Positions 1-10,924 of a DNA stretch of 43,404 nucleotides are shown here, piece after piece. The stretch is from Macrostomum lignano (lineage: Eukaryota): positions 1 through 43,404 of the forward strand of contig NIVC01003809.1 of NCBI GenBank assembly GCA_002269645.1, written 5' to 3'. The translations under genes and the position numbers were made by a program. Position 1 is the stretch's first letter. The number at the start of each line of letters is the position of its first letter. The notes under the pieces were generated by a model, which saw nothing but the letters and a program-made list of their open reading frames with translations, did no database searches and was not told the origin of the DNA.

Positions 1-160
1 AGACAAGTTAGAGAAAAAAAGGAAAGAGAAAAAAGGAAAGTGAAGAGAGGAAAAGGCCAGAGAGAGGAGAGGGGAAAGTGGAAAGAGAAATGAGAAGAGG
101 GGAGCAAAAAGAGGGAGAGAGAAAAAAGGGAAAATGAGAGAAAAGAAAAGAGCTAAAAGA
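1..160. repeat. Purine-rich (A/G) low-complexity tract
   Basis: Almost exclusively A and G; the 71-aa F/S/L-rich minus-strand ORF is a by-product. Confidence 0.85.
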
Positions 161-406
161 GATGCCAATATTAACTAGGTCAGATAAAAAGGCTTTATAG
201 GCTGCATGTAACCCGTCTGCCATCTAATATCTTAACATATTAATGATTAGAGAAATGCATCATTGACATTGAGCTAATATTAATAAATATTTTGCTGATC
301 AGCAAATAAAGTATTAGGAATCTTATCTTATAATAGTATTTGTCTATTTTATCAAATATGCTAGCAATTATAAAAAAATCAATATATAACTTTCTAAAGT
401 TGTACT

Positions 407-884
407 CCAGCATGGAATTCTTGCATCTGGCATATAAAACGGAAAATTGCGACTTTTTTCGGCGCGCAATTCCATATTGAACCAAATGCAATTTTTACAA
501 TCTTAAACAAAATTTAGTGGCGCAATTTTTGGCATTACTAATTGTCAAAATAACGTTTTGCGATAGTCTCATACTCCCATTTTCATATGACTCATTACAA
601 TAAATAGAATACTGATTATCTTTGTTTTTTGAGTTAAAATTTTTAAATTTGAACAGTTCGTAAATAACGAACAATAAATGTTACGTTTTTGTAGTAATTC
701 TACATTTATTACTGTAAAGTCGGTAATTTAAACTGTGCAAACAGTCGCAAAATAATTCGCAATTTTTGTCGCATTTTTTGCAGCCTGTATAGGTGCGCAA
801 TTTCTTTTTGCGTTGCGCAATTTTTCGCATTTTTTTCCTGAACGCAAAAACGCGTTGCAATTTTCGTGCAAGAATTCATCCTGG
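407..884. mobile_element. hAT-type MITE (478 bp)
   Basis: Imperfect TIRs CCAGCATGGAATTCTTGCA / TGCAAGAATTCATCCTGG; 8-bp TSD GTTGTACT at 399-406 and 885-892; internal GCGCAATTTT subterminal motifs. Confidence 0.8.
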
Positions 885-1140
885 GTTGTACTGGCATTTA
901 AGTTAATTTTGTCTATTTAGGCAAGGAAACAAATCAATACATGTAGTAAAAAAGCAGACTTTAGTAATTTTTGTTTGATAAAATGATAAGTTAGAGTCAG
1001 TGTATAATGTCACGTCCCTGTCAGTGAAGCTGACAGTGACAGTAAGAATATTATACAATACAATATTCAAGCAAAAATAAAAATAAAAGGCAAGAACTGC
1101 AAGCGGCAAGCTGCATGTATGATGTATGTATCTCAGTATC

Positions 1141-2337
1141 TGTCATCTGAGATTGAATAATATGCTAATGCAATATATCCGTACTTTGTTTTTGATGCAC
1201 TAGGCTACTGAATCTTTAATTAGTCTATAAAAAATTCAAGTCCTGTAGTTATTATGCTATCCATTACCAAGGTGTATATACAAGGACTCAAGTAGATCTA
1301 CTCGAGTTGAGTTTGAGTATTCCTTCAGGCTTTGCCAGCGTGTTTTACGATTTCGTGGAAAGTATTGAGGCGGGGCGGAGGAAGAAAATTAGAAAATTGG
1401 GGTTTTTGAAGCTGGGTCTTCTTAGAACCCGAACGGCGTTGAGTTCGCACGAATAAAGCCGGAAATCGCGCAGACGAATCACAACAAATTATTTCCTCCT
1501 GTTTTACTCCGACAGCCGGGTTCTCAAGTCCGGGGGGGAGGGTAGTCGTAATCGTAGTCGAGCGGTCTTATGCAGGGACGGTCGTTCAGACTTTAGACTC
1601 AATGGTCTAGACACTGTAAATCTGTTTTCTGAGTTGCTGAACTGATTACTTTCAGTAGAGTAGCGCTTCCACCACCGTAATTTCGTATTACGGAAGGTTG
1701 GGATCTCAGAGCTCGTCCGGAGTTGAGATTAATTCGGTTGTTTAACGCCCCACGGGCAAATAACTCAAGATAACCTATTAAGGGCTTCGATCAATTAATG
1801 ACTTATTAATTATTAATAAATAAGCAGGCGTCATTAAATGAATATTTTATCATTATTAACGAGAATAATCGCGGCCGGTGCCGGGTGCCAAACTATTAAC
1901 TAAAAGGCAAAGACACTAAACTAATTTAATGAAAGGCGAACTATTAAACACACTAAGATGATAAACAAGCAGGATAAACAAACAAACTAACAAACAAACT
2001 AAACAACTAAAACACTAAAGCCGGAAAGGAAGGAAGAAGGAAGAAGAAGACGAATGACAAAATGGCGGCCCGAATTGGCCTTATAAATAGTGGAAATGTG
2101 CCGTCCGGCGAGGGATGGGCCAGCAGATGGGGCAGAAAGGCAAGGGATGGGGCAAAGGATGGGGCAACGGACGACACTAACAACGCAAACGGGAAATAAC
2201 AAAAAAATTGAACTACCGCAAACGATGGGGCGAGGGATGGGGCAAAGGTGGCGCACTGGGTGACGCAAAAGTCATGATCAGAGTTGCACAACGGGTCGCA
2301 ATTTCACCAATACCAGGTGGTAGCTCGCCCTACCACA
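1141..2337. mobile_element. Probable solo LTR (1197 bp)
   Basis: TG...CA termini (TGTCA...CCACA) flanked by 5-bp direct repeat GTATC (1136-1140, 2338-2342); CpG-rich non-coding interior with a TATA-like motif near 2080. Confidence 0.5.
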
Positions 2338-3142
2338 GTATCTCGCTTAAAACAATTCGTCCGATATTTATTATTTTAACAAAACTTTTGTGCATATGTA
2401 AAGTAATTAACCTGTTAATTCTTATGCCTTACTTTACTTAGAGTGTTTTATTTAGGCTATAGAAGAGTAAATTGCCAGAATGTAAAAGAGTTTTGCATTT
2501 AAATTTCGCAATGAGTGCTTGGAGTTAAAACTCCTCATGCAGGACTCGCAGAAACGTAGCACTTGTTCTAAGAAATTACAGCACCTATGTACAATACAAA
2601 CTATATTGTACATAAGTGAAGTTGATGTTTGATATAAAATTGTTAAGGATATCTACGGTAAACCCATTTAATCTTCTACCCGTACCGTCCAAGAAACACG
2701 TTAAATAATAGTGCCTGTCAAGGACCACTAGGAACACTTCGTTATATCAAGTCTAGTAGTCCTTGGTGCATGTACGAGCATGAATGGGCATTTTCATATT
2801 GCTTATTCTGGTTCCAGAGCCAGATCCAATTTGTGAAGCATAACTTTTTGTCTTCTAAACCAGAGGGATATATTCATCAAGCTTAAAATACTAATTTTCA
2901 AACAAAAAGCTCTTACATGTATGAATATCAGAGCTATAGGAATTGGCAAGACAAATCAAAAGATGAACATTGGGCCTAGCTCCTATCGAAATCAATAACA
3001 AGTTTAGTGTTGAAAAAACTTTGAATCTCCGTAGTATTTTTTTCGGAAAACCCGCCTACTAAAATTTTTCCAAGAAACGTAGTTTCCCATCCTTCGACTT
3101 AAGTAGTCCTTGGAATAGTACATGTAGTTTACATTTTAAGTA

Positions 3143-4599
3143 TTGGTTTTGACAATCAATATGAAAAATGGACAATCAAAATGGAGGAATCTAGCACGCT
3201 GACGAGTGCGTCAATGGCTGAAACACGAGTGCGCGTAGCGCACGAGGGTTTTGCCATAGACGCACAAGTCAAAGTGCTTGATTCCCATTCTTATTTGATC
3301 CAACATGTGTGGCTAAAGTAGACAAGGGTGGAGCGGGGGTGTGGAGTTAGACTTGAACCATAGACAAAATATGCGCGAGCTAGTCTGAACATTCTTGCAC
3401 GATGGAAAGAAGATTATGCTTGTATAGTCTATGGCTGTTATGCTAAATATAGAAACATTGCGCATTACATTCTTGCACGATTGACATTCCTGCACGGAGT
3501 GCACATGTAAATTCAAGGTGCTTTTACCATAGACACTTGCATTTCTGCACGCATATGGCGACTTCCAAAGCATTCTTGCACGCTGGATCAAATAAGAATG
3601 ATATATTCCTGCACGGTCACGAGTGCACGATGTCCTTCACGCACGAGTGAACGTGAAGGAATTCCATTGTCGGATGATTCATCGTGCAGGAATGCACAAA
3701 ACCGTGCAGGAATACATTTCTGCGCCTAATGCTTTTTCAGTGAGATTTTACCATAGACATCCATTCCTGCACGCAAAAGAGTGCAAGAATGCCATTCTTG
3801 CATGGAAAATCAGCCGACAATGAAAACAGCCGTAGATCTGCATGCAGCAGCTCAGCTCAGCTTCGCAGCAGCTGCGGCTTAGGCCATAGACTTTTTGACG
3901 ATCGAAATGAGAATTGGACAATCAAAATGGCAACGGGAGCAGTGTGCGCGTTTATTTGAATGAAATTTTAACAATAGAAACGAGAAATTGACAGCAGAAA
4001 TGGCAACACAGTCAGAAAAATGATGGAAACACAGCAGTCCAGCAGCATAGGTTCAGAACTCCTGCCCAGTTTGTCCGGGAAATTGTTGTTGACCCGCTGT
4101 GCCATCTCGCTCAGGGTGAGGAACGGGTTGCGGTTCACCTCTGCTTCCAGAAATTTACGAATCTCCTCATCCACCTTGCACCTTGCTTCTTTTCGGCCTC
4201 CACGAGGCATACCGTTCATCCTTCCCTCATTCCTGTACAGCCTCACGATGCGATGAGCAGTTGAACTTGACAGCTGAAGGATTATTGCTGCGTCCTTGAC
4301 CGGTGTGCCTCGATCTATTGCCTCGATGAGCCGACGTCTGTCATCTGGACTCACAGGTGGTGCCATCACCAGCAAACTGGAGAGATGGCTGAGAAAGATG
4401 GCTGGCTAATGCTTTAATGTGCTGCCTCGCTAAACTAACCGCGCGTTGCCATTTTGATTGTCCAATTCTCATTTCGATCGTCAAAAAAGTCTATGGCCTA
4501 AGCCGCAGCTGCTGCAAAGCTGCGCTGAGCTTCTGCATGCAGATCTACGGCTGTTTTCATTTTGATTGTCCATCTTCTCATATTAATTGTCAAAACCAA
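3143..4599 (-). mobile_element. Non-autonomous IS630-Tc1-mariner element with long TIRs; left TIR interrupted by a ~635-bp insertion
   Basis: TA on both sides (3141-3142, 4600-4601); outer IR 3143-3185 vs ~4556-4599; inner IR 3821-3935 vs 4444-4559; encloses an HTH transposase fragment. Confidence 0.7.
3968..4366 (-). pseudogene. Truncated IS630/Tc1-like transposase, N-terminal paired-type HTH only, no DDE domain
   Basis: RRRLIEAIDRGTPVKDAAIILQLSSSTAHRIVRLYRNEGR..PRGGRK..NPFLTLSEMAQRV fits the bipartite HTH + GRPR-like linker of ITm transposases; ORF stops before any catalytic domain. Confidence 0.75.
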
Positions 4600-4604
4600 T
4601 ATTA

Positions 4605-4827
4605 CACCTTTTCACGTTCAATTTTGAACAAATTCCAGTTCTAAAAAACTAGCAGAAATTCAATTCAGACAATTCAGACTGGGGACAATTTTGTCTATGG
4701 CTAAAATTTGCTTCGGTTGCATAATGTTTTGAACTGGGGTTTGTTGCCCCAGTCGGAATTGTCTGAATTGAATTTCCGCTAGTTTTTTTAGAACTGGACT
4801 TTGTTCAAAATTGAACGTGAAAAGGTG
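4605..4827. mobile_element. Tc1/mariner-type MITE (223 bp, near-perfect foldback)
   Basis: ~80-bp TIRs beginning CACCTTTTCACGTTCAATTTTGAACAAA; TA at 4603-4604 and 4828-4829. Confidence 0.85.
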
Positions 4828-5182
4828 TAGTAACAAACAAACAAACAATCGAAAGGGTTTTAATTCGCAAATAATATTGCAGCTCTTGTGCTCCGTGACA
4901 GAACTCGAGATGCGGAAGCATTATATTTTGTAGATAAGTGCATGGCGCAGCGCCTCCTGCATACCGGAGAGCTCCTGCCATAAATGTCACAATACAATAA
5001 TAGAACTTACCGGCAAATAATAAAAATAACCAGGTAATTGACAGCGAATGTAACGAGTACTAAACAATAATAAATGACTAATGATATATGATAATGATAT
5101 TAGGAAAAATAGCACACCCACAGCAATAATTGATGCGTTAATGCTTTGTAGAAGACAGAATTAAATCAAGGCGCGGATAATT

Positions 5183-6940
5183 TTACGACCGCGCTGACAG
5201 TGGCCGAACCTCGACGTAGTTGAAGCACCACTCTGACAGGTTCCATGCAAAGGTGCTCGGTAGGCCCTTTGTAAGGCTTTGCTGTCTCTGCAGGTCAGTT
5301 GGGTTATTCAGCAAGGGCGGCACCTCTTCAAATCTGAAGTACATGAGCGCTGGCTTGCGCAGGTCGTTGTAAATCTGCAGCTGACTGCCGCCTCTGCATA
5401 GCTGCGCACAAAACTCGGCAACGTTTTTGCTGTTGGCGAAGCAGTTCAGCAGCCGTTTCACCTTGGTATACAGATCCAGCAGGATGTCCGCAATTATGGG
5501 AAACAGGTCCGATTCGCGGTCTGTGAGGCGGTGCATCATATTGGCAATGAAGCGCTCCATGTGGATGTTGGACTCCCAGAAGGCGCTCTTGGCGTCGCGG
5601 ACCGCCGCGTACAGGTGGCGGGAGTTCTCGTGAGCGGCCTTTTTGCTGGCCTTGGTGGATGGCGCAGTCGTGACTGTGGTGGCGCTGTCACTGTCTGACG
5701 CACCGGACGCGTCGATGGGGCGGGAGTTAAGCAGCGCGTCCCATGGCAGGCCCGGCCCGATGCAGGCCAGCAGAGTGTAGAAAGCCGACTCGAAATCGTC
5801 CACTGGGTGCATTTCCGAGGACCGCATCATATTAAGTGAGGCGAATCGAGGGTCCTTGGCGACTCGCATGTTGAGGCAGGGCTTGCCGCCCCCAGCCGCA
5901 GCTCCAGATGAGCTGCCGGCCAGGCTGGCCGCGCGGAAGTTGTTGAGGTAAACAACATTGTAGCACATTCCGCGGCCGAAGTAGATGTTCTGTGGACAGA
6001 CACCGTTGTGCAGCACTCCGAATCGGTGAATCTGCAGTAGGCGGCAAATCAGCTGGTCGAACACTTTGAATGCAGTGCGGACGCTCAGCCCAACTGGGAG
6101 CCGCTTGGCCACACAGGTGAGGTCGAGCAGATAGCTGAGACTGGGCCCGAGCTTCTCCACGGTCATGTAGGACAGGGTGGTCTCTGGCAAGCCGATCTTC
6201 CTCTGAATGAGTTTGCCCTGCAGACTAATCTCTTCCACCACCTCACCCGGCGGCATGAAGAACTTCTGATTGGGTATCTCCTGGTAGTCAAACACCATGG
6301 GGATCCCGATCATGTCATCAAACTCCATCTTCTCGTTCAAGTACGACTGCCAAATGTGCTGCAAGATGGCGTGCTCGCGTCTCAGCAGCCTGCGGGAGTA
6401 ACTGCAAAACTTGGGCAGCAGCGCCTCAACCTTCATCACCATAGTAGTGGCCACATCCCAAGGCCGCGCCTTCTCGTGCACGGGATTCGGTTTCTTCATG
6501 ACTCGAGTATACTTTGAGAGCACCGTCTCAAAGGTCGGATGGGACGCAAAGCGATGCGAATCGATGAAATCCTGTTGCTTGGGGTCGAACCTGGCGGTGA
6601 CCTCGAGAAAGAGCGTCCTGTCGCTCAGGTAGGTGAATACGTAGCTGTCAAGGCCGCCCGAGGCGGTTCCGGCGTACCGGGTGCACAGCTCCCGGCTATT
6701 CATCTCCATCATCACGTCCGTGCAACGCTCCGTGAGCTGTACGAAGAACCGCAGCCGCTCCCGCTTCAGCTTCTGACTTTCTTCAGAGTCCATGGTGGCC
6801 AATTCGCTCGCTCGGTGGGTGCAAAGCGAAGGAAAGAGCGAAGATTGCTGCTTCTCTGAGCAAAATGGAGGCGCGCTGATAAGCTTCTGCTCAGCAGGGA
6901 CAATTCGATGAAAGCAAATAGACCCTGAGGCTTGGGCCAT
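5183..6940 (-). CDS. Intronless casein-kinase-1-superfamily (CK1/TTBK/VRK-like) protein, predicted pseudokinase, up to 585 aa (alternative start MDSEE at 6793)
   Basis: CK1 hallmark motifs: MTVEKLGPSL, DQLICRLLQIH, LHNGVCPQNI (=IHRDVKPDNF), YLNNFRAA (=IIDFGLA), RFASLN..VDDFESAFYTL, LPW; long ORF with GC-biased codons. Confidence 0.85.
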   Translation of the reverse strand: MAQASGSICFHRIVPAEQKLISAPPFCSEKQQSSLFPSLCTHRASELATMDSEESQKLKRERLRFFVQLTERCTDVMMEMNSRELCTRYAGTASGGLDSYVFTYLSDRTLFLEVTARFDPKQQDFIDSHRFASHPTFETVLSKYTRVMKKPNPVHEKARPWDVATTMVMKVEALLPKFCSYSRRLLRREHAILQHIWQSYLNEKMEFDDMIGIPMVFDYQEIPNQKFFMPPGEVVEEISLQGKLIQRKIGLPETTLSYMTVEKLGPSLSYLLDLTCVAKRLPVGLSVRTAFKVFDQLICRLLQIHRFGVLHNGVCPQNIYFGRGMCYNVVYLNNFRAASLAGSSSGAAAGGGKPCLNMRVAKDPRFASLNMMRSSEMHPVDDFESAFYTLLACIGPGLPWDALLNSRPIDASGASDSDSATTVTTAPSTKASKKAAHENSRHLYAAVRDAKSAFWESNIHMERFIANMMHRLTDRESDLFPIIADILLDLYTKVKRLLNCFANSKNVAEFCAQLCRGGSQLQIYNDLRKPALMYFRFEEVPPLLNNPTDLQRQQSLTKGLPSTFAWNLSEWCFNYVEVRPLSARS

Positions 6941-7225
6941 AGACTGACTGTTGTCTCCCGTGCAGCACCGAGATGGGCCAGAGATTTCCAGCTTATTGTA
7001 CTTATCGTTACTACATAATTAGAAGATACAGCATACTGGCTTATGCTTTTAAATCTTCAGAACCGATCTCGTACATGTAAACTGGTGAGATCGCCTGTAG
7101 AAATTGACTCTAGTTAGCGTTTCCCGGAAATTTCCGAAAATCGACAACTTGCTGATTACATGTAAATATCATAGGGAATTGACGCATAAAATGCAGTACG
7201 AGCGTAGAAATCGGGCCAAACTGAG

Positions 7226-7994
7226 TCACACGGCATCGGGACAGTAGGGCAGAAAGCCACAGCAGTTGGCGGCATCGCACAAGCATGGCAGGCGGCTCTT
7301 GCCAGCCGCTGGTACCGACGCCTCCCCGTAGGAGATGGTCAGCTCCTCCCCGGGCCTGATGCGTTTGCTGGCGAACAGAGCCAGGTAGGGGATGTCCGAG
7401 TCGATGCGAACCGGCACCACCGACAGGTTGGGCGAGCAGCTGTGGTTCAGCAGCCTGGCCGGATGGCCGGACTCGCTGGCGTCCACGATAGTCACCTGCT
7501 CCTTGACTGTTCGGGCCCTTTGAGTCAGCTGATCCGACTGATGGCCTTGAGTCAGCTGATCCGACTGATGGCCTTGAGTCAGCTGATCCGACTGATGGCC
7601 TTGAGTCAGCTGATCCGACTGATGGCCTTGAGTCAGCTGATCCGACTGATGGCCTTGAGTCAGCTGATGACCTTGAGTTAGCTTGTCCGCAGATTCCTGC
7701 TCTCGCAGCACAAAAATGAAGTTGCCGCTGTCGGGGCCCCGGGCGGCCTCCCTGCGCAGCATCTCGGCCGAGCTGATGACCTCACCGGGGTAAACGCCGA
7801 CGCAGTCACCGAGCTCCAGAACAACGCGAGATCGCACTCCCCGTCCGGCTGGAGTGCCGGTGTTGAACACTTCCAGCAGGTCATCGGGTCGACGGCGCAG
7901 CTGCCGACCGACCGTGCGGTTGCAACAGGCGTGCGCCGCGTCCATGCAGGCGCAGCTGGCGCCGCACTCGCGCACACGGGGCAGCGGCAGCCGG
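7226..7994 (-). CDS. SETMAR: SETMAR-like histone lysine methyltransferase, exon 2 (end of pre-SET, SET, post-SET)
   Basis: RECGASCAC..CCNRTV, GRGVRS, YPGEV, RLLNHSCSPN, VPVRIDSDIPYLALFA (human IPVRIDSMVPKLALFA), EELTISY, post-SET CLCDAANC; in-phase acceptor ccgcag (alternative in-phase tgtag would start the exon at 8018). Confidence 0.85.
7519..7680 (-). repeat. 27-bp coding tandem repeat (QLTQGHQSD x5 plus partial copies) inside the SET domain
   Basis: Unit GAGTCAGCTGATCCGACTGATGGCCTT on the + strand; frame stays open through to NHSC. Confidence 0.95.
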
Positions 7995-8478
7995 CTGCGG
8001 GTTTCAGCAAATCCTGAACTACATGTACATGTACAAACTATTTTCACTCGCTCGCTGACTGGCTGCTGTTTATGTCATGTCTGCTGATTGGTCTGTGTGA
8101 ACGAGGCCATGTTCAATACACAATCACAATACACACTCTGAATGGCGAATGGGGGTAACAGTTGCTCTACGGTGGTTCGAATCACAGGTCTAATCTGGGA
8201 TCAAACTAAAATTGAACGGTAACGCGCACAATCCTCTATGCGTGCTCCATCAACGGATTCTCGGTCTCCAATAGGGTTTACTAAAGCTTTTAGCTCGAGA
8301 AACTTGTGACTCAACCTACGAATAAGTGCACAATCCAAAGCCCCTGTCAGTTTAGTGCAGAAGTGAAAATTTCTATCCCATATCGCCAGTGTTTTTGCAG
8401 CCAAAGCCGGCTTAAATGCATGCAGCGCCTTCTACTTTATTTTCTTATTTCCAATTTCCAATGTAAAAAAGTCCGCAC

Positions 8479-8771
8479 CTGTCCCCGCCGCCGAGGTAGG
8501 CCTGCCGAAGGCGTCCCGAGCTGCCGCAGTACCAGGCCGGGGCCGAGCCACAAGCGCTCAGGCAGGCGCAGTCGGCGCTGGAGCAGCAGGACGAGGACGG
8601 ATCGTTGCTAGGCAACGGGCGGCACTGGCAGCTGACAGCGGGTCGGGCAAACCGGCTCCAGTCAGTAGTCGGCCCATAGACTATCGGGCAGTCGTCCAGG
8701 GAGTCGGAGTCGCTGCCGGCGTCCTGGAAGTAATTGACATAGCAACCCTCTGTTCGAGCGCCAGCATACAT
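8479..8771 (-). CDS. SETMAR: SETMAR-like methyltransferase, exon 1 (Cys-rich pre-SET)
   Basis: SCQC..SCCSSADCACLSAC pre-SET Cys cluster; donor AG|GTGCGG, phase 2, matches the exon 2 acceptor; start codon uncertain. Confidence 0.7.
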
Positions 8772-8811
8772 GTAGCGACACAGGGTTCCAACATCAAACT
8801 ATCCATATTAG

Positions 8812-8947
8812 CATAGCAACCACCATCACAGTACAGCAATTTTTAACTTCAGCATAAAATCCCACGGATACAACATAGCAACCACTGATTCCAGCATAGC
8901 AACCAATGATTTTAGGAAAAAACCCATTGATTCTAGTATAGCAACCA
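8812..8947. repeat. Four copies of (C/T)ATAGCAACCA upstream of the SET gene
   Basis: Copies at 8812, 8874, 8895, 8937. Confidence 0.6.
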
Positions 8948-9340
8948 CTTCCAATTGCAGCAATGCCGGGGTGTCAGTCTCGTGAAAGTTGGCGCCATCA
9001 AAGCAGAACTGGATCGCTCCGGTGGGGATTAGGGAATCTGGTTGCACATATTAAGAACGGGCCGTTAAGGTTTTTTAGATCGAATGTAACGAGTTTTGGG
9101 TTTTGTGACAGGGGCTTTTTTAATGCTAAGAGATTGCAATTATCAAGTATAAGATTGGGCCAGGCTTTCTTCTCAAGAACCAGTCCGTTCGGGAAATATA
9201 GAAATGGAGATAATATTGATCAAAATGATCTGAACATTCGCCGCACATGTTGTCTGTCCTGCCACTTGCTGGCAGTAGGCGGCCATCAGCTTGCCCAGCC
9301 GTCCCTGGCCCCGCACGCACCCGCAGTTGCCCGAACTCCC

Positions 9341-9646
9341 CCGAGATCCGGACCTCCGCCCCTAGTTCGGGACCTCCGCCCCTAGTTCGGGACCTCCGCC
9401 CCTAGTTCGGGACCTCCGCCCCTAGTTCGGGACCTCCGTCCCTAGTTCGGGACCTCCGCCCCTAGTTCGGGACCTCCGCGCCCCCTAGTTCGGGACCTCC
9501 GCCCCCTAGTTCGGGACCTCCGCCCCCTAGTTCGGGACCTCCGCCCCCTAGTTCGGGACCTCCGCCCCTAGTTCGGGACCTCCGCCCCCTAGCTCGGACA
9601 TCCGCCCCCTAGATCCGGACCTCCGCCCCTAGTTCGGGACCTCCGT
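9341..9646. repeat. 20-22-bp GC-rich minisatellite (CCTAGTTCGGGACCTCCGCC)n, ~14 copies
   Basis: Direct tandem repeats. Confidence 0.95.
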
Positions 9647-9774
9647 CACAAATAAACCAAATGAACACCGGAATTTATGTGTGAATATCTTATTTGCCAC
9701 TTAAATCAACATAAATAAAAACACGTATAACATTGTTAAATAGCAACTCAAGCGCACAATTCATTATATTATAA

Positions 9775-9780
9775 TTTATT
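9775..9780 (-). terminator. Candidate poly(A) signal AATAAA of CPSF30
   Basis: TTTATT on + strand ~170 nt past the stop codon. Confidence 0.5.
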
Positions 9781-9951
9781 TAACAGAACTGAAACATGCG
9801 TAATGCCATCAGCTTGTCCAAAATCTGACGAATTCATTCAGTTGAAATAGCAACAATTGTACTGCTAGCAGTGTTCAACAGCACAATAGATTAAAAACTG
9901 CACTGAGGAAATAAACAGACAAATACAGAACACGGGGCTGTTATTGATCAA

Positions 9952-10809
9952 TCAGACAGCATTCTCTCCAGCCTCCGACATCGCGGTCTCCTCCTGCGGC
10001 TGCTCAACCTGATGATGCTGCTCCTGCTGCTGCTTGAGCTCCTCCTGGTCGGCCTTGCTGAGGAAAGCCAGGTGGCCCTTGTGGCAGGCATTGGCGTAGT
10101 GGCCCTTCTCGCCGCACTTGAAACAGGTCACCTCCGACAGGGGCCGCGGCCCGCCGCCTCCGCCGGCTTCGCTACCGCCGTCTCCGCCAGCGGCGGCCGC
10201 TCCACCTGCCTGATGTTGTTGCTGCTGCTGCCGGGACCTGTTGTAGCTGTTCCGCTGGAAGCCGCCGCCGCCCCGGTGGTAGCGCCGGTTCCGGTTGAGG
10301 CCGGGCCGGTGGTAGGGGTGGTGCTGGCTCAGCCTGTGCTGGTGGTCGCCATGGTTATGCCGGTAGCCATGGTGATGCCGCACTGGCTGGGCGTGGCTTC
10401 GCCCAGTGGCTGCGGCGGCAGCTGCGGCGGCCTCCATGAGAGCGGGGTTGGCGTGCGCGTGCGGCTGTTTGAGCTGCGGGTTGAGCAGCGGGTTGGAGGC
10501 CTGCTGCTCGGCGGCCTTGCGGGCCATGATCTGCTCCAGCACCTCGCGGCGCTCCTCCTCGGACAGCTTGAAGCAGAACTGCACCTTGTGGCCGCGCTCG
10601 CCGCAGTGGCGGCACAGCCAGCTCTGCCTGCGCTCCAGGCTGCTCTCCAGCTGCATCTGGCCCCATCGCGGGTGCGCGAACTGGCAGTCGGGGCCCTCGG
10701 GGCAGAAGCCGTTCAGGTAGTTCACGCAGGCCACTCGGCGAACGTGGCGCATCTTGCAACTGGGGCCGTTGCGGCAGAAGCCGCGGTCGTACCACTCGCA
10801 CTGACGCAC
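9952..10809 (-). CDS. CPSF4: CPSF30 (CPSF4/Clipper/Yth1) exon 2: ZF4, ZF5, two CCHC knuckles
   Basis: [66 protein letters not shown]; acceptor cacag|GTG in phase 0 gives [19 protein letters not shown] (human HIDPESK-IKDCPWYDRGFC). Confidence 0.95.
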   Translation of the reverse strand: MRQCEWYDRGFCRNGPSCKMRHVRRVACVNYLNGFCPEGPDCQFAHPRWGQMQLESSLERRQSWLCRHCGERGHKVQFCFKLSEEERREVLEQIMARKAAEQQASNPLLNPQLKQPHAHANPALMEAAAAAAAATGRSHAQPVRHHHGYRHNHGDHQHRLSQHHPYHRPGLNRNRRYHRGGGGFQRNSYNRSRQQQQQHQAGGAAAAGGDGGSEAGGGGGPRPLSEVTCFKCGEKGHYANACHKGHLAFLSKADQEELKQQQEQHHQVEQPQEETAMSEAGENAV

Positions 10810-10924
10810 CTGTGAGCAGTTGATTGGCAGTGAATTGACAACACTAAGAGATCCTGCAGTGGGGACCAAGCCTAACAGCTACAAGCACGCACACACACCC
10901 GCTCACACAGGGTGCACAGCGGCC

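Noticed and set aside
3968-4375. Fanzor/TnpB or other cargo in the IS630-Tc1 element or the Helitron-like element
   Set aside because: No RuvC-like, RepHel or other long ORF in either element
8160-8200. GGTTCGAATC B-box-like motif in the SET intron as a tRNA gene
   Set aside because: No A box, anticodon arm or acceptor stem visible
10012-10815. 267-aa + strand ORF and other ORFs overlapping CPSF30, SET, kinase and MCT exons
   Set aside because: Antisense or alternate-frame shadows of GC-rich coding exons
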